From Malacoraja senta (taxonomy: Eukaryota): DNA of 64,000 bases. Both the position numbers and the translations under genes were made by a program. Below, piece by piece: positions 48,561-63,310 of this stretch. The DNA is taken from positions 6,884,001 through 6,948,000 of the forward strand of contig CM075991.1 in NCBI GenBank assembly GCA_038087875.1, in the 5' to 3' direction. The notes under the pieces were generated by a model. It saw nothing but the letters and a program-made list of their open reading frames with translations, did no database searches and had not been told where the DNA came from. Within the stretch, counting starts at the first letter, position 1; every line of letters begins with the position of its first letter.

Positions 48561-49466
48561 CTAACTGTGTAGTCGGACACGTTTCTGTGGGAGTGCATGG
48601 TAACAATCCCTTGCGATCAATAGTAGCCTTTCGGTCCACAGATCGAGAGGTCTTTCAGTCACATTTACCAATGCACTGAAGTCTTGATCTTTACAGAGGA
48701 TTGCTGGCATCGATTTTTACCTCATAAAAATTTCATGGGAGGATTTTTGTGAATATAAATATGATATCCCAAGTGGAGAAAGTTTAAATCATGCATAGTT
48801 TGCTATTTTTTTAATGATATACTCCTAATTTTATCGTGAGTTATTATAGGTCATGACTTTTCGATCCAAATTCTGTTCTTAAATAATTAATTTGTGCCAT
48901 GCACCATAATGACATCATCGTGTAAGAGAAATACTGAGACTGAATGAAGCCCACATTAGGAAAAGGATGTATTGTCATGAAGAACTTTGCCCATTTTCCT
49001 GATAGACAGGCCTAGTGTCCGAAATGATTCTGCCCAACCATTTTGATCATCAAATTTTGCTTCTTCATTATAAAAAAGCACATATAAATGGCACATTGTG
49101 TCTATTTTCTAGATAAATTAATGACTCTGAATGCCCCATACTTTAAAAAATGTTAATTATTCAAAAATTATTAAAAGGCAACCAAACTCTTAATTTTTCA
49201 AAATCATTTGTGTTAAAATATCTTTAAAAAATAAGGTCTGTTGAATATATTAGAAGTAAACTGAACTAATTGTTAATTATTGGTCTCTAACATTATTTTC
49301 TCCACTGATATCTAATATACTAATGGCACATGGTCAGTGATCTCATGTAAGTGCTGGGAATTTTTAGGACAGGATTCAATCTGGTAATTCCAATTATTGC
49401 TATTAATATCGCAAAATCTGGCCAACCATCTTACCACCCCATTCCCAGATCTTTCTTAAACAAATC

Positions 49467-49666
49467 NNNNNNNNNNNNNNNNNNNNNNNNNNNNNNNNNN
49501 NNNNNNNNNNNNNNNNNNNNNNNNNNNNNNNNNNNNNNNNNNNNNNNNNNNNNNNNNNNNNNNNNNNNNNNNNNNNNNNNNNNNNNNNNNNNNNNNNNNN
49601 NNNNNNNNNNNNNNNNNNNNNNNNNNNNNNNNNNNNNNNNNNNNNNNNNNNNNNNNNNNNNNNNNN
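49467..49666. other. Assembly gap (200 N)
   Basis: Run of exactly 200 N. Confidence 0.99.
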
Positions 49667-52600
49667 GAAAGAATGGGCAAAGAGAGTGAATTTGTACCTG
49701 TAATAATAAATAAACAAGTATGCTGGTCAAAGAGATAAATACTTATGCAGTACCTAAATGCATTTGCCATTAATTATAGCACTGAAGGGGTGAGGCCATG
49801 TGTTTATTTAAAAGGAATGCACAGAAGACAAACACAAATCACCCTGACACTTGTGGATAACTCAGTGGAGGGAAATCAACAAATTAGCCTCAAGCCAAAC
49901 AACTTTTTTTCTGGCATTTAGAAATGTGAGATTCACTGACTACAACCATTTCTGAAAAGAAATTGGTTCACTTGATGAGATAAGAGTGAATGACTGAAAA
50001 CAATGGTGTGTCTGGGACAGTGGTTTAGCTTTTTGTAGTGCCATTTCATTTGACGTGTTGCAATTTTCGTTATGTAATTAACTGTCGACATTTCAGAGTG
50101 TGTTCTGGACAAGATGAAGCAAACTGGTTCAGGGTTGAAAAGATGCCACATTCATGGAGATGTCATTTTCAGATGAGATGCTCAATGAAAGTCCTTTTGA
50201 ATGTTTCAGATTTAATGACCAAAGGGCCCAAAGGTAGCTAACCTGTATGGCCATTGAAGGACTTTGAACACTTTAAGGTGAGGGAGGGGGGGGGGGAAGA
50301 GTTATTGGGAACCTGAGGGGCAACTTCTATTACACAAAGGGTGGTACGTGTATGAAATGAGCTGCCAGAGGAGGTAGTTGAGGCAGGTACTATCACAATG
50401 TTGGAGAAACAATTAGACAGGTATAGAGGGATATGGGCCAAACGCCGGCAGGTGGGACTAGTGTAGATGGGACATATTGGTCGGCATGGGGAAGTTGGGC
50501 TGAGGGGCCTGTTTCCAAGCTGCGTGACTCTATGACTCTATGACCCAAAATACTTTCAACTAATATCCCCCCATTGCACTGCATATAAACTGATGGAGCA
50601 AACAGTCTATGGGAGTTGATTTAAAAGCAAATTGATGTGCTAGACCACACGAGGTTTACAGATTTGTTGTATATATTAAGACCAGTGCTGCCACAAAAAA
50701 AAAGATTCACCCCAGGGCTTCCAGCTTGCTTATTTATCCTGTGTATAGCTAAAGGCACTGATCTTTCTCCCCTATTTCGCTTAAACAAACATCTTGCTTA
50801 AGAGCCACAAGGTGTTTCCTTCAGTGAAATAGAAAATAAACATCAGTGCAACTCTTGGAATCACAGGGAAGTATTTCTGAGACTGAATGTTTAATGCTCA
50901 GCACTGCGAAATCTGTCTGCTTGCTCATCTTTCCACCCAGCTAATGAAGAAGCAGAATGATCACCACGGAAACATGCGGTGACAGAAATATTTCTAACAC
51001 AGGTTACCTTTTAAAATATTTCTAACAATACTTCTGACGCAGCATACCTGTTATTTTTGGAATTACACTGGTACGGATTCTCAAGGTTAACATCTCATGA
51101 CCTTTGCTAGAAAAGTCTGCTTTATTCAGTCCCAACAACAGCCTTTCATTAGTCTACCTGAGTAACAATGATACTGCACCTCATTATCTGTTGAGTTGCT
51201 TGCGTTCTCCTTCAAGGTAGCCTTCAATATTGATAGTGCTGCCCCAGATCTTAGTCAATTTTCTCTAGTATTATCTTAATATGGCTCATTACCAATATTG
51301 GCTTCATAACACTTTGATTAAGCCCCTTGGAATGCTTTTTTACAACAATAATATAATGTGTGGTTCTTGTTGAAATCGGGCAAAGCTTGGGTGATTCAAA
51401 TTATCAAGAGTGTTGTCAGAGCAGTGAAGACTATTGGGCAAAGTATTTGTAGTGAAGCATTTAAAGAACAATTGAGCATTGGCAACGACTGAGAAAAGGG
51501 CAATATGATTGTTTATTTTCATCAGGAAGGCTGGCTCCGTCTTGGGAGTGGAGTTGGATTCATTGGAGGTGGTCTCGGAAAGGAGGATGCTCCTCAAACT
51601 GTGGAGCATCTTGGTCAATACATCTCACCCCCTCCATGATACGCTGGTCAACCTGAGGAGCATCTTCAGCAAGAGACTGGTCCCACCAAGATGCAGCACA
51701 GAATGCCACAGGAGATCCTTGTACCCTGTGGCTATCAAACTGTACAACACCTCCCACTTCGGTCGTGGGGTAGACTGTCTCCCACCCCGCCCCCTATCTT
51801 TGCACATCCCTCATCCTGGGCTTTTCCACTCAATAATTTAATTTCATGCTTGTGCAATGTTACATATATCCTGTTCCAAAACTGGTCACTTAAATTTCAT
51901 TATTATTATAATGCACAATGCCTTGTAACTGTATCTTTTGACTGGTGGCAGACCAAATTCCAACCCGGATAAATAAAGTTGTATCGTATCGTAAACAAAA
52001 TGGTTGCCTATAGCAGAACCACTAAGTTCAGGGATGAGCAAGGGAAATGAGATGGGACAAACTAGAACTTTCGATCCACAAATGTGTACTGAAAGGAATA
52101 TTCTCCAGTTTTTCTTGGTTGATTGTACTTTCTACCAGGTGTCAATGAAGACTGAAGTGGAACACTTGTACTTGTTCTCAACCAACTAAGATTCCTTAAT
52201 AGATCCTGACCATTGCCCCAGATTGCAGTCCACTAACTCTGCTCTGCCTGGGGATAGAACAAGAGACCTTTATGGTTTGACTTTACCGTGATTCAGGCGA
52301 AGAATGATATGTCACCAATATCTAAAGCTAGACAGGTTGTAACTAAGGGCGGACTTGAAGAATGGGTATATGTTCAGATATCGCCCTTGATGATATGAGG
52401 ATTATGTGACAGTTCAATAGGATTTCCTCACAAGTATTGTTCCGAGAATGATGGGACTTGTGATATGCCAGGTGCTAGTTTGAACAAATATATAGTGATT
52501 GGAATTCGTAAGCCACACATCACACATCAACCAGGCAGAAAGGTGCTGCAAGGATTAAGTTAGCTGTGAAATTGAATTTCACATTTTCATAGGTTTCCCT

Positions 52601-54089
52601 TATTATCAGACAGATTGACTAATAGCCTGGGGGGAGTATCGAATAAAGCTGCGTACTGACCCAAGCAAGCTCCTTCGTTAAGCCATAATTATTACAATAT
52701 TTGCCAATATTAGCTGGCTATTGAGGAAACTTTCTCTTTCTGCCTTCAGCAACCTCTGATAGCTTATTCTTTCTAATCAGTTGCGCATAAAGGTAACACG
52801 CTCATCTCTTATCCTTTCATCCAGGCAACGAAGAAATTTAAGCTCTAAGACCACTTTAGTTATGGTCAGCACTGCAGAACATTTTCTCAGACTGAGATCA
52901 AGTAGATGCGTTGGTGTACAACCCAAAATATTCTCTGCACGCTGATGATAATGGAAGGAAAGTTGGCAGGGATTGATCTCTGGAAACACTGCAAACTGTT
53001 TCCCGTTCAAAACCGAGAGATGGTGAAAAAAACAACTCCATCACACTTGTCTGAAATGTTCACAGCACACCCTCATTAATGAACGGTTACTCCAGCATTT
53101 TGTGTCTATCTTCGGCATCTGCAGCTTCCTCCCATTAATAATTTCTGAGGTATATTTTGGCCAACGTTTTGTATTGAGCCTCTGTCTGCAAATCAGGAAT
53201 ATTGAAGCCAACTGTACTGAGGCCACACTTAACATCCTGGGTCAAAGCATATTGCTGGGAGTGGGCATGGGTGTGTCCATGCTACAGTTTAATCGTGTGT
53301 TGGGCTATCCAATAATCATTTGGGATACTGAGATGAACAAGTTGACCAAAGCAAAGGAGGAGAGATAGAGGTGTGGAGATTGGGACTGATAAACAGTCAG
53401 GTGTATAGGGCTACCTTTGCATTGCACACAGCTATCAGAGACCAATATTTGGGCGGCACAGTGGCGCGGCAGTCGATTTGCTGCCATACAGCACCTGAGA
53501 CCTGGGTTCGATCCTGACTACGGGCGCTGTTTGTATATTCTCCCGTGTGGGTTTTCTCCAGGTGCACCGGTTTCCTCCCACACTCCAAAGATGTACAGGT
53601 TTGTAGGTTGAAGATAGACGCAAAATGCTGGAGTAACTCAGCGGGACAGGCAGCATCTCTGGAGAGAAGGAATGGGTGACGTTTCGGGTCGAGACCCTTC
53701 CTCAGACTTAATTGGTCCAGTAAGTTGTAAAATTATCCCTAGTGTGTGTAGGTTAGTGTATGGGGTGATCTTTGGTTGGCACGGACTCGAAGGGCTGAAG
53801 GGCCTGTTTTCGCACTATATCTCTAAAGTCTAACAATCTGCTAAATGGGAGGTTTCCTTGACTGGAGTTACACTGGTCCAATCTCAGCAAAACAAGTCTG
53901 ATGGAACAATGAGAACATCATTTCTTCACAACTGATTCATAAACATTCAGAGATCGCAGGCATGAGGAAATTTAGATATTCTGATGCATTTTTAAATTAG
54001 GTTTTATAACACTTACAATTTTCACGTCAGTTCTAACCTGGATCAAGTTTGCTCCATGTCAAGAGCACTTGCACGCCAAAGGGCTAGAC

Positions 54090-54448
54090 CAGGGGTTCTC
54101 AACCAGGGGGGAATTTCCCCCAGGGGGGGATTTCAGGTTTTCAGGGGGGGGAATTGGGACCACAGATTAGCAAACTCAAACTGTTAGAATGTTGATCTTT
54201 TTATTGCCTTTGAGCTCCCCAGGGCAGCACAAAATTCAGTATGCATCGGTTAGCTGCTATAAAAATAATCCATGTAAAATTGTAAATGTATATGTACTAA
54301 TATGGAAAAAATAAAGGATTTTCAGTATTATATGCATATTATTTGGAATGCACTTTTTGAGGCAGACAATCTTGGAAAGGAGGGGGGGGATGACATTCTG
54401 ACATATGGTGAAAGGGGTGCATGGGGCAAACAAGGTTGAGAACCACTG
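54090..54448. mobile_element. hAT MITE (duplicate of 24465-24823)
   Basis: Same TIRs and ggctagac TSD. Confidence 0.9.
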
Positions 54449-57400
54449 GGCTAGACGATGGTCAATTGTAAAGTGGTCAAAGGATCCTTCAGGTCTGAGT
54501 GAAGAACTGAAGATTAAGACTCAAAGGAGAACAAAATCAACGACTAAAATGCAGCAAAACAATTCAAAGTTTGGAAATGGCCTTATGGTCAAACTGCTAC
54601 ATAAATGGCATTTTGTTTTATTTTGAGCCTCATGATAGGCATGAACCTACTGCGCAGGACCCACAAAAACCTCAAAACTACAGCACCTACGACAGGAGAA
54701 GCCAAGCTACGTCAAGCAACGTCAAGCCCACAGTCGCCGAAAAGTTTTGAACATTTCGAAATCCAGCGGCGACCAGAAAAACATTACGACTCTTTAGGCG
54801 ACTTGAGGAGACCACTCGCGACCATACAGGTGTCACCCCGCGACCATGTGGCGACAGCCCAGTCGCCGAAAAAAATCGCCTAAGTGGGACAGGGGCTTCA
54901 CACCACATCCTACAAAAGTTACATGAGACAATGTACACGGATCACACTGCTGAGGTGAAACTTGTACTCTTCTGCCCAGGAAAGACTTTTATAAATGGGT
55001 ACACTTTCTTTCCAATGATTAATATGTTATTGGATTGGATAATCTTAGATTATGCCCAGACTCATTGCTCATAGTCCTTGCTCTTTATATTTACTTTTAC
55101 CAGATGGGGAGGGTAGGATGAGTTGTCCTCCGTGAGCCCACTTTGGTTCCTAGCCTAGCAATAACTCATTTTAAAATACTCATCTTTATTTTCAAATGAT
55201 ATCTCGGTGGCCATATCCCTTCCTAACTTTATAACCTCCTTCACCCCTACATTGCTAAGATACCTTCCAATTCCTGCTGCTATATGATCCTCATTTTTAA
55301 TGGTTCCACCATCAGCTGCCAAGCTTTGGAATTCCCTTCCTAAACTTCTTTATGCCTCAACATCTCCCTCTCTCCTCCTTTAAGGTGCTGGTACTTTTAA
55401 GATAACTCAGTGATCTTTAGTTTAGTTCAGAGATGCAGCGTGAAAACAGGCTCTTCAGCCCACCGAGTCCATGCCGACCAGGATCCCCATACACTCGCAC
55501 AATCCCATACACTTGGGACAATTTACAATCTTTATCAAAGCCAATTAACCTATTTTGGAAGTAGGTTTGAAGAAGGGTTTCGGCCCGAAACATTGCCTAT
55601 TTCCTTCGCTCCTTAGATGCTGCCTCACCCGCTGAGTTTCTCCAGCATTTTTGTCTACCTTCGATTTTCCAGCATCTGCAGTTCCTTCTTAAATATTATT
55701 ATTTGTTTAATTTCTATTCAGTTTTCCCTCTACTGAGTCCCCTTGCCTCTTTTTTTCTTTTTTCTTAAACCTATTTTGGAATGTGGGAGGAAACCGGAGC
55801 ACCCACGGAAAACCCACGAGCTCACGGGGAGAACGTACAAACTCCGTACAGACAGAATCCGTAGTGAGGATCGAACTCGGGTCCCTGATGCTGGAAGGCA
55901 GCAACTCCATTGCTGCGACACCATGCCGCCCCCTCTACATCTTTTTATGTGGTGGTCAAAAATGTGTTTCTTGTGAACGAGGGTGTTCCGCACTGTAAAT
56001 GTAAATATAAGTCAGATTACTGCAACACCACTGGTGTGTTTCTTACAGCTGAAATCAGAGTTCCTGGCATCTGTTCATAACCATGAAATGCTGTTCTCGC
56101 CTTCTTTGAGCAGCCCCTCTGACAGGTGGTGCCTTGCAGTACTTTTCGATTGTTTTCACAGCTCTGGCTTACTGTGGATGAGACGTGTCAGGTTCTGTGG
56201 CTTATGCTGCTCCCCTCTCGAATCGTTTGATGTACTTTTTTGCTTTGTTTCGGGGTTTGCATTGTGAGGTAATTTTGTGGAACTACGAAGGTAATTAATT
56301 TTTGTCTGAAATAGATGCACTCCATACCTTTAATGGGCAGTGAGAGAAGAAGGCAGAAGCGAAACATTTGTTTCTGCAATTATATTACAGAGTCGGCAAC
56401 ACCACAATGCAGATTTTCCTGTATTTTTCTCGAGTGAAGATTCAAGATTGCCCAAAGTCTTTTCAGTTAAAATGTTATAGAGTTGGTGCATATAATTCAG
56501 ATTACTGTGATTGCATCAAACTCTCAGGTACACAATGACTATGACAAAATAGCATAGGCATGAATTAGTTTTAATTAGCGTAGTGCAGAGAACACATGGA
56601 AGAAATTAAGTGCTGAAAGCAACAAAAACGATGATAGGGGCACCTTATGATCACGCATTAGACATTTCTTCTCCCAGAAGAAGAAATATATGTTTAATAT
56701 TGATACTTAGCCAAGATCTAAATTTTTAACTGATTTCTAACTTTTATACTGTCGTTTTCACATTCTCGTTCTCATTTTGCTTGAGCCTTCACATTTACCT
56801 TTTTGTTGCTGAACTAAGTGATCCATACTGATTCTTTTTTACAGTCAGATTTACTCGAGTTCACCTTAAGTTCAACACTTTTCACAAAGAGTTTCTAAGG
56901 ATTCTTCTTCACAGGTCACGGGTCACAACAAAAGAGACTGTTGTGCGATGTGAGAGCTCATCTGATGACTTTGCCACTGGGGCGATCACTGGCTTGGTGT
57001 CTCTGGGGACTGAGGTTCAGAACACAAGTGTAGCAGTCATTGCGTCATGCTTTCCCACAAGACTTCCCCTGCTTCCAACTTGTCCGGTGAAACCAATGGC
57101 TACCCATTGCTCACTGGATAAGAAAAAATACTTTTGTTTGATAGATCCAATTAGAACATGCTGTTCTAGGTATAATGAAATCCACAACATTGTAGGCTGT
57201 CTCCGTCCTCTGGCTTCACATTTCACGCCTCTTCTCTCTTTATCTGCTTATCTCACAACCTATTGTCTTTTTATCTCTAGCCTTTATCAATCAAACATTC
57301 CCTCACCTGTATCCACCTATCTCTTGCCCGGCTTTGTCCTACACCCATCTCTTCCTGCTTTCTTCCCCGTATTACAACCAGTCCTAACCATCGCCTATTT

Positions 57401-60400
57401 ATGTTCTCCTGAGATGTTGCATGATCTGCTGAGTTATTCCAGCCATATGTGTCCTTTTGTGTAAACCGGCATCTGCATTTCCTTGTTTCTACTATAGCGT
57501 GATACTATATGCCACTTATTCATATTCTCCAAAGATGCTGCCTGAACTGATGAATTACTCCAGCACTTTGTGTCTTTCTTAAAATAAACTAGCATCTGCA
57601 GTCCCTTGTTGGCCATCCATGTTTTAAGGCCCGTGTTGGCTGTTTGAACAAGCAATCCTGTTTGCTCTCATGTGCTTGCATTTTGGCAATAGCCATTTAT
57701 ATTTCTCATCCTGAATACCTATCCACTTCATCTTTCACTATAGATTCAGCTTCCTTCATCATTCCAGATCCAGACATCACTTTATTATGGCTGTGGGAAC
57801 AATATGACAGAAACACAACAATCCGAACACCAAACACAATTTATGAAGTTTAGAACACAAACCATTTTGGCAGAAACAGTGAATTGTGTGACTCAATTGA
57901 GGTGAAACCCGATGGACAACAAAAAAATGTTTAAGGTGTGTAGGTCAGAACTGCAGATGCTGGTTTATACCGAAGATGGACACAAAATGCTGGAGTAACT
58001 CAGCGGGATAGGCAGCATATCTGGAGGGAAGTAATGGGTGACGTTTCAAGTCGAGATCTTTTCGACCTGAAACGTCACCCATTCCTTCACTCCAGAGATG
58101 CTGCCTGTTTCGCTGAGCTACTCCAGCATTTTGTGTCTAAATTGTTCAAGCGATTGGATTTCCAGGCAGGTAGCCTGTGAAAAGAAAGGAACAATGCAGG
58201 ATATTCGTGGAAGAATGGAATTAATTTAATTTGGCTTTTTACACTTGTATCTTACCAAAAAGCCCACAAGGAAGACTGGAGAATACAAAAAGCTAGACAC
58301 AAAAATCTGGAGTAACTCAGCGTGACAGGCAGCATCTCTGGAGAAAAGGAATGGGTGACATTTCGGGTCGAGACCCCTGAAGAAGTTTAAACCAGCATCT
58401 GCAGTTCCTTCTTGCACACCTGGAAAATACAGACCTGCCTAAAAATAGAATAGCAGCTAGTTTGCAGTCCTTAGCTCCACAGCAAATACTTGAAAGCTTT
58501 TTTAATGAAGCTAGGACAGTTGGCAGATCTCATAGTTCAACAGACTTGAAGAACACACTCATCAGGGATTTAATTATTTGTGAAATCAGGGAATCCTGCT
58601 TGAACAACCATGCAACAGACTGTTCAAAATAATGCATTCAGGCGTGCAAAGCTGTGCAGGTACCCTAAGCTGGCGATGCTGGGTAGTCAACAAACGTGTG
58701 ATGTAGTGTGAAACTAAAGTCTGCCAAGATCATTTAGACATGTTGAGGATAGTAATATATGTGACTGGCAAAGAAATTCATGTATGGAAATAAATGTGCA
58801 CGATCTGGATTCAGCAATTAGTTCTTCAAACAGCACGTAATAAAATGGACATTTAAATTCCATGAAGGGGGTGAGGTGAGCCTTACAGTGTTAAATGTCG
58901 AGTCAAATTCAGTGCCCTAACCGAACACAATGCTCCTGATGACAAATGACCTGAATTCGAGGGACGAAACACTCATTGGATGTATCTAAACCCGGGATGT
59001 TCTTTTTACCCAGTTGTGTTTTGCACCAATGTATTTTTTCTTTGCTTAATCTTTTCTTTCTTGCAGATATTTTTGTGTAATTTCTGTACAATTTATGATT
59101 AAGAGTCATAGAATCATACATTCATAGAGCACAGAAACAGGTTCTCCGGCCCAAATTGCCCACATTGACCAAGATGCCCAACTACGCTCGTCCTACATGT
59201 CTGCATTTGGCCCATATTCCTCTCAACCTTTCCTATCCGTGTATCTTTTAAATGTTGTCTTAGTATCTGCCTCAACCATCTCCTCTTGCAGCTCCTTCCA
59301 TATACCCACCAGACTCTGTGTCAAAAATTGCCCCTAAGGCTCCTAATAAATCTTTCCCCGCATACCTTAAACCTATGTCCTCTGGTTCTTGATTCCCCAA
59401 CTCTGGGTAAAAGACTGTGCATTCACCTCATCTATTCCCCTCTTGATCTTATATATCTCTATAAGATCTCACCTAACCACTCCTCAGCCTCCTCCCATTA
59501 AGGAATAAAGTCATGGCCTGCCCAACCTCAGGGCCTCAAGTTCTAGAAAAATCCTCATAAATCTCTGCACCCTTTCCAGTTTAACAACATCCTTCCTGTA
59601 GCATGGTGACCAAAACTGAACAATAAGTACAGCCTTACCGATGTCTTCTAGAACTGTAACATAACCCTGAATGCTGAAGGTCTATGTATTGAATGCTTAT
59701 TTTGACCACCCAATCTACCTATGATACCATTTTTAGGGAATTATGTACCTGCACTCCGAGATCCCCAAGCTCTACAAAACTCCCCAGGGCCCTGTCATTC
59801 ACTGTGAAGGTTCTGACCTTGTTTGACCTCCCAAAATGAAACATCTTGCAATTATCTGCATTAAACTCCATCAACCATTCTTCTGCCCACTTACCCTGCT
59901 GATCAAGATTTTGCTGTAATTTTTTATAACCATCTTCGCTGCCTATAATGCCACCCACTTTAGTATTGTCCACAATGTTACTGATCATGCCTGATATATT
60001 CTTATCCAAACTGCTGATATAAACCACAAACAGTAATGGGCCCAGCACCAATGTCTGAGGCACCCCACTAGTCACAGGCCTCCAGCCCGAAAAACAACCT
60101 TCCACCATCACTCTCTGCTTCCTCCCATGAAGCCAACTTGTTATCCAGTTAGCTAGCTCTCCCTGAATCCCATACGATCTAACCTTCCAGAGCAGACTAC
60201 AATGCGGAACCTCATCTGAAGTCCATGTAGACAACGTCTAGCGCTTTGCCCTCATCAACCTTTCTGGTTACTTCTTTAACAAAACTCAATCAAATTCGTA
60301 AGACGTGTGTGTTTGTCTGAGTCTAGCTGCCTGTGATGCTGCTGCAAGCAAGATGTTTCATTGCACGTACCTCAGTGTACTTGTGCATATAGCAATAAAC

Positions 60401-63310
60401 TTGTCTTGATATTAGTGCAAAGACAAGTAGTGACACTTCAACCTGACATATGAACAGTCATAGTCATTGAATCATACAGCATGGAAACAGGCTCATTGGC
60501 ACAACTAAACTATTCTGACCAAGATGCCCATCTACGCTAGTCCCATTTGCCCATGTTTGACCCATATTCTTCTAAACATTTCCTATCCATGTACCGAACC
60601 AAATGTCTTTTAATAAACAGCAAAAGGCTGGAGTAACTCAGCGGGACAGGCAGCATCTCTGGAGCGAAGGAATAGGTGATGTTTCGGGTCGAGACCCTTC
60701 TTCAGACGGGTATCTGAAGAGGGGTCTCGACCCAAAACGTCACCCATTCCCTCTCTCCAGAGATGCTGCCTGTCCCGCTGAGTTACTCCAGCTTTTTGTG
60801 TCTATCTTCGGTTTAAACCAGCATCTGCAGTTGCTTCTTACACAAATGTTTTTTTATGTTGCATTGTGCAACATCCCCCCCAGCAAGCCATTAGTCTCAA
60901 GGCATTGCAGTAGAAACCGAGAGTCATGTTCCGGTAAAAAAAAAAGACACAAAGTGCTGGAGTAACTCAATGGGTTAGGCAGCAACCCTGGAAAACATGG
61001 ATAGGTGAGATCTTCTAGCGTTCTTCGACCCCAGTCCATCAACCCAAGTATTTGAAGAACGCTGAGATGACATTGTTATTTTGGATGTACTTTATTGTCT
61101 TTTTAAAGCAGAGATGTATCATATGTGATGTTGTATTGTAAAATGTAGTAACTGTAGCTCATGTTGCTGCAATTGCTTTAGTGTAGAACACACCTGCCTG
61201 TATGGAAGTAGGCTTCAGCAAAGATGCCGTTCTTCACTCTGAACTTTCTTTTATTTAATGAAACACCCTTGTTGATGTTTTGATGCGCTAGACTTTAGAC
61301 TTTAAACTTAAGAGATACAGCACGGAAACAGGCCCTTCACCCACCGAGTCCACTCCGAACAGTTATCATCCTGTATCCTAGCACTATTCTACATACTAGG
61401 GACAATTTAGAATTTTACTGAACGCATTCAACCTAGAAACCAGCACATCTTTGCAGTGTGGGGGGAAATCAGAACACCCGGAGAAAACCCACACGGTCAC
61501 AGGAAGAACGTACAAGCTCCGTACAGACAACACTCGTAGTCAAGATCGAACCCGCGTCTCTGGCCCTGTAAGGCAGCAACTCTACTGCTGCGCCACTAAC
61601 AATTTTTCATGATCTTGCAGAGAGATCCCGTGATATTGCTTAGTGGGGGTGGGCCTTCCATTTATAACCACTCCCCAGGCAGCAGTGTTGACCAATACCC
61701 CAATAAGATGGTGTAAGATTTGGTCAGTGTGGTACTCTTGCCCATGTTTGTGTTGTACCGAGTTAATGCCTCATGGAGACCCATGTTGTTACTACTTGAG
61801 AATGTACAGAAACATAATCCAATGCTGAAATTGATACTAGAGATGTACTGATGATCCAGACTCCGGGTGGGCTGTCAGAATTTGTCAGGACACATTAAGA
61901 CAGAAAATTTGCAAAACTGCACTGTCTGGATTTGCATAACTGTGGATACATCTAAGGGATTAATGGAGTCTGGGTGACTTCTGTGCATTTTGTGTTGCTT
62001 AGCGTAACTGCGGAACTCCTTTGCCGTTTAGTGAAATCAGCGGGGTTTTCAGGGGGGGCGTTAATCACGAATTCTTTGCTTTGGAAAGAATCACAACCTG
62101 GGGCTACAGAAAGTCCTGTCAGGCCTGCTTATCTTCTTGAAAGACTGGGCCATTGTTCTGAGCCCCTGATAGCACAATGTAATGCCAATTACATCTGCCA
62201 TTAAATGCTTACCTGTTCATACCTGTGCAGCTGGGAGGTCTGTACATTTTATTTCAGGTGACCCTTCTGTTAAACATGATAGAAAAATTAGAAACTTAAA
62301 TGAAGAAGCAATCTTGCAGAAATATGCCACAAAGGAAGTGTCTTAGCCTAATATCGACAAAAGTATTAAAATAAGCCAAAAACTAAAATGATTATAAAGA
62401 AAGTAGTAGCAAGGTGTTAATGTCTCTTTATTCAGAAACGTATCGTTCCAAGCAGACTATCGCATATATCACTCCAGCAAAATGAGTTACAGTATCAGTT
62501 ATAATTACTGTTGACAGTAATATCAGTATCAGCAAAAACAATTACAGAATATATCACATTTTATGCAAAATTTCTTAATTTCAAATTCTATTTATTTTAA
62601 AGAGCTGGTGATAAAATAACCAGCAGTTTGATTGTGCAGTCTCTTCACCCACGGAGTTAAAAACATTTCTAACATGATAAAAATTTACAAAGTTTAACAG
62701 TTCTCAAAGATAAACACAAAGCTTTCCATCCCAACAACCACTACATTTAACAGATTATTTTTCCACCATATACAAGTACATAATTTATTGCCACAGGCGG
62801 CTGTGGAGGCCAAGTTATTGAGGGTTTTTTTAAAGCAGAGATTGATAGGTTATTGATCAGTAAGGGCATAAAAGGTTATGCGGAGAAGGCAGGATAATGA
62901 GGTTCAGAGCGAAAAATAGATCAGCCATGATCGAATGGCGGAGGAGACTTGAAGGGCCGAATGGCCTAATTCCGTCCCTATGTCATATGGTCTATATAGA
63001 AACAGAGGCGGAGAACTCTAATGGCACATTTGTGTTCGGCCACAAAGTAAGATCATTGTTGATCATGTACCTCAATTCCACTTTACTGCACGATCCCCAT
63101 AACTTTTGATTCCATTGAAGTCCAATAATATGTCATTCGATGACTGATCATCCATGGCTTCTGGGATAGACAATTATATGCACACTAACTAAAAGAAAAT
63201 GTTCCTCTTAGTTCCGAATGATTGTTCCTTTACTCTGGTCCTCAGGTTTTTCAGACTCTTTGTCAACTATGGACTAAGTTTCTAATTTTCTTCCCGTCAT
63301 TGTTCTGGAC

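Noticed and set aside
49351..49770. ORFs spanning the N run
   Set aside because: Artefacts of the assembly gap
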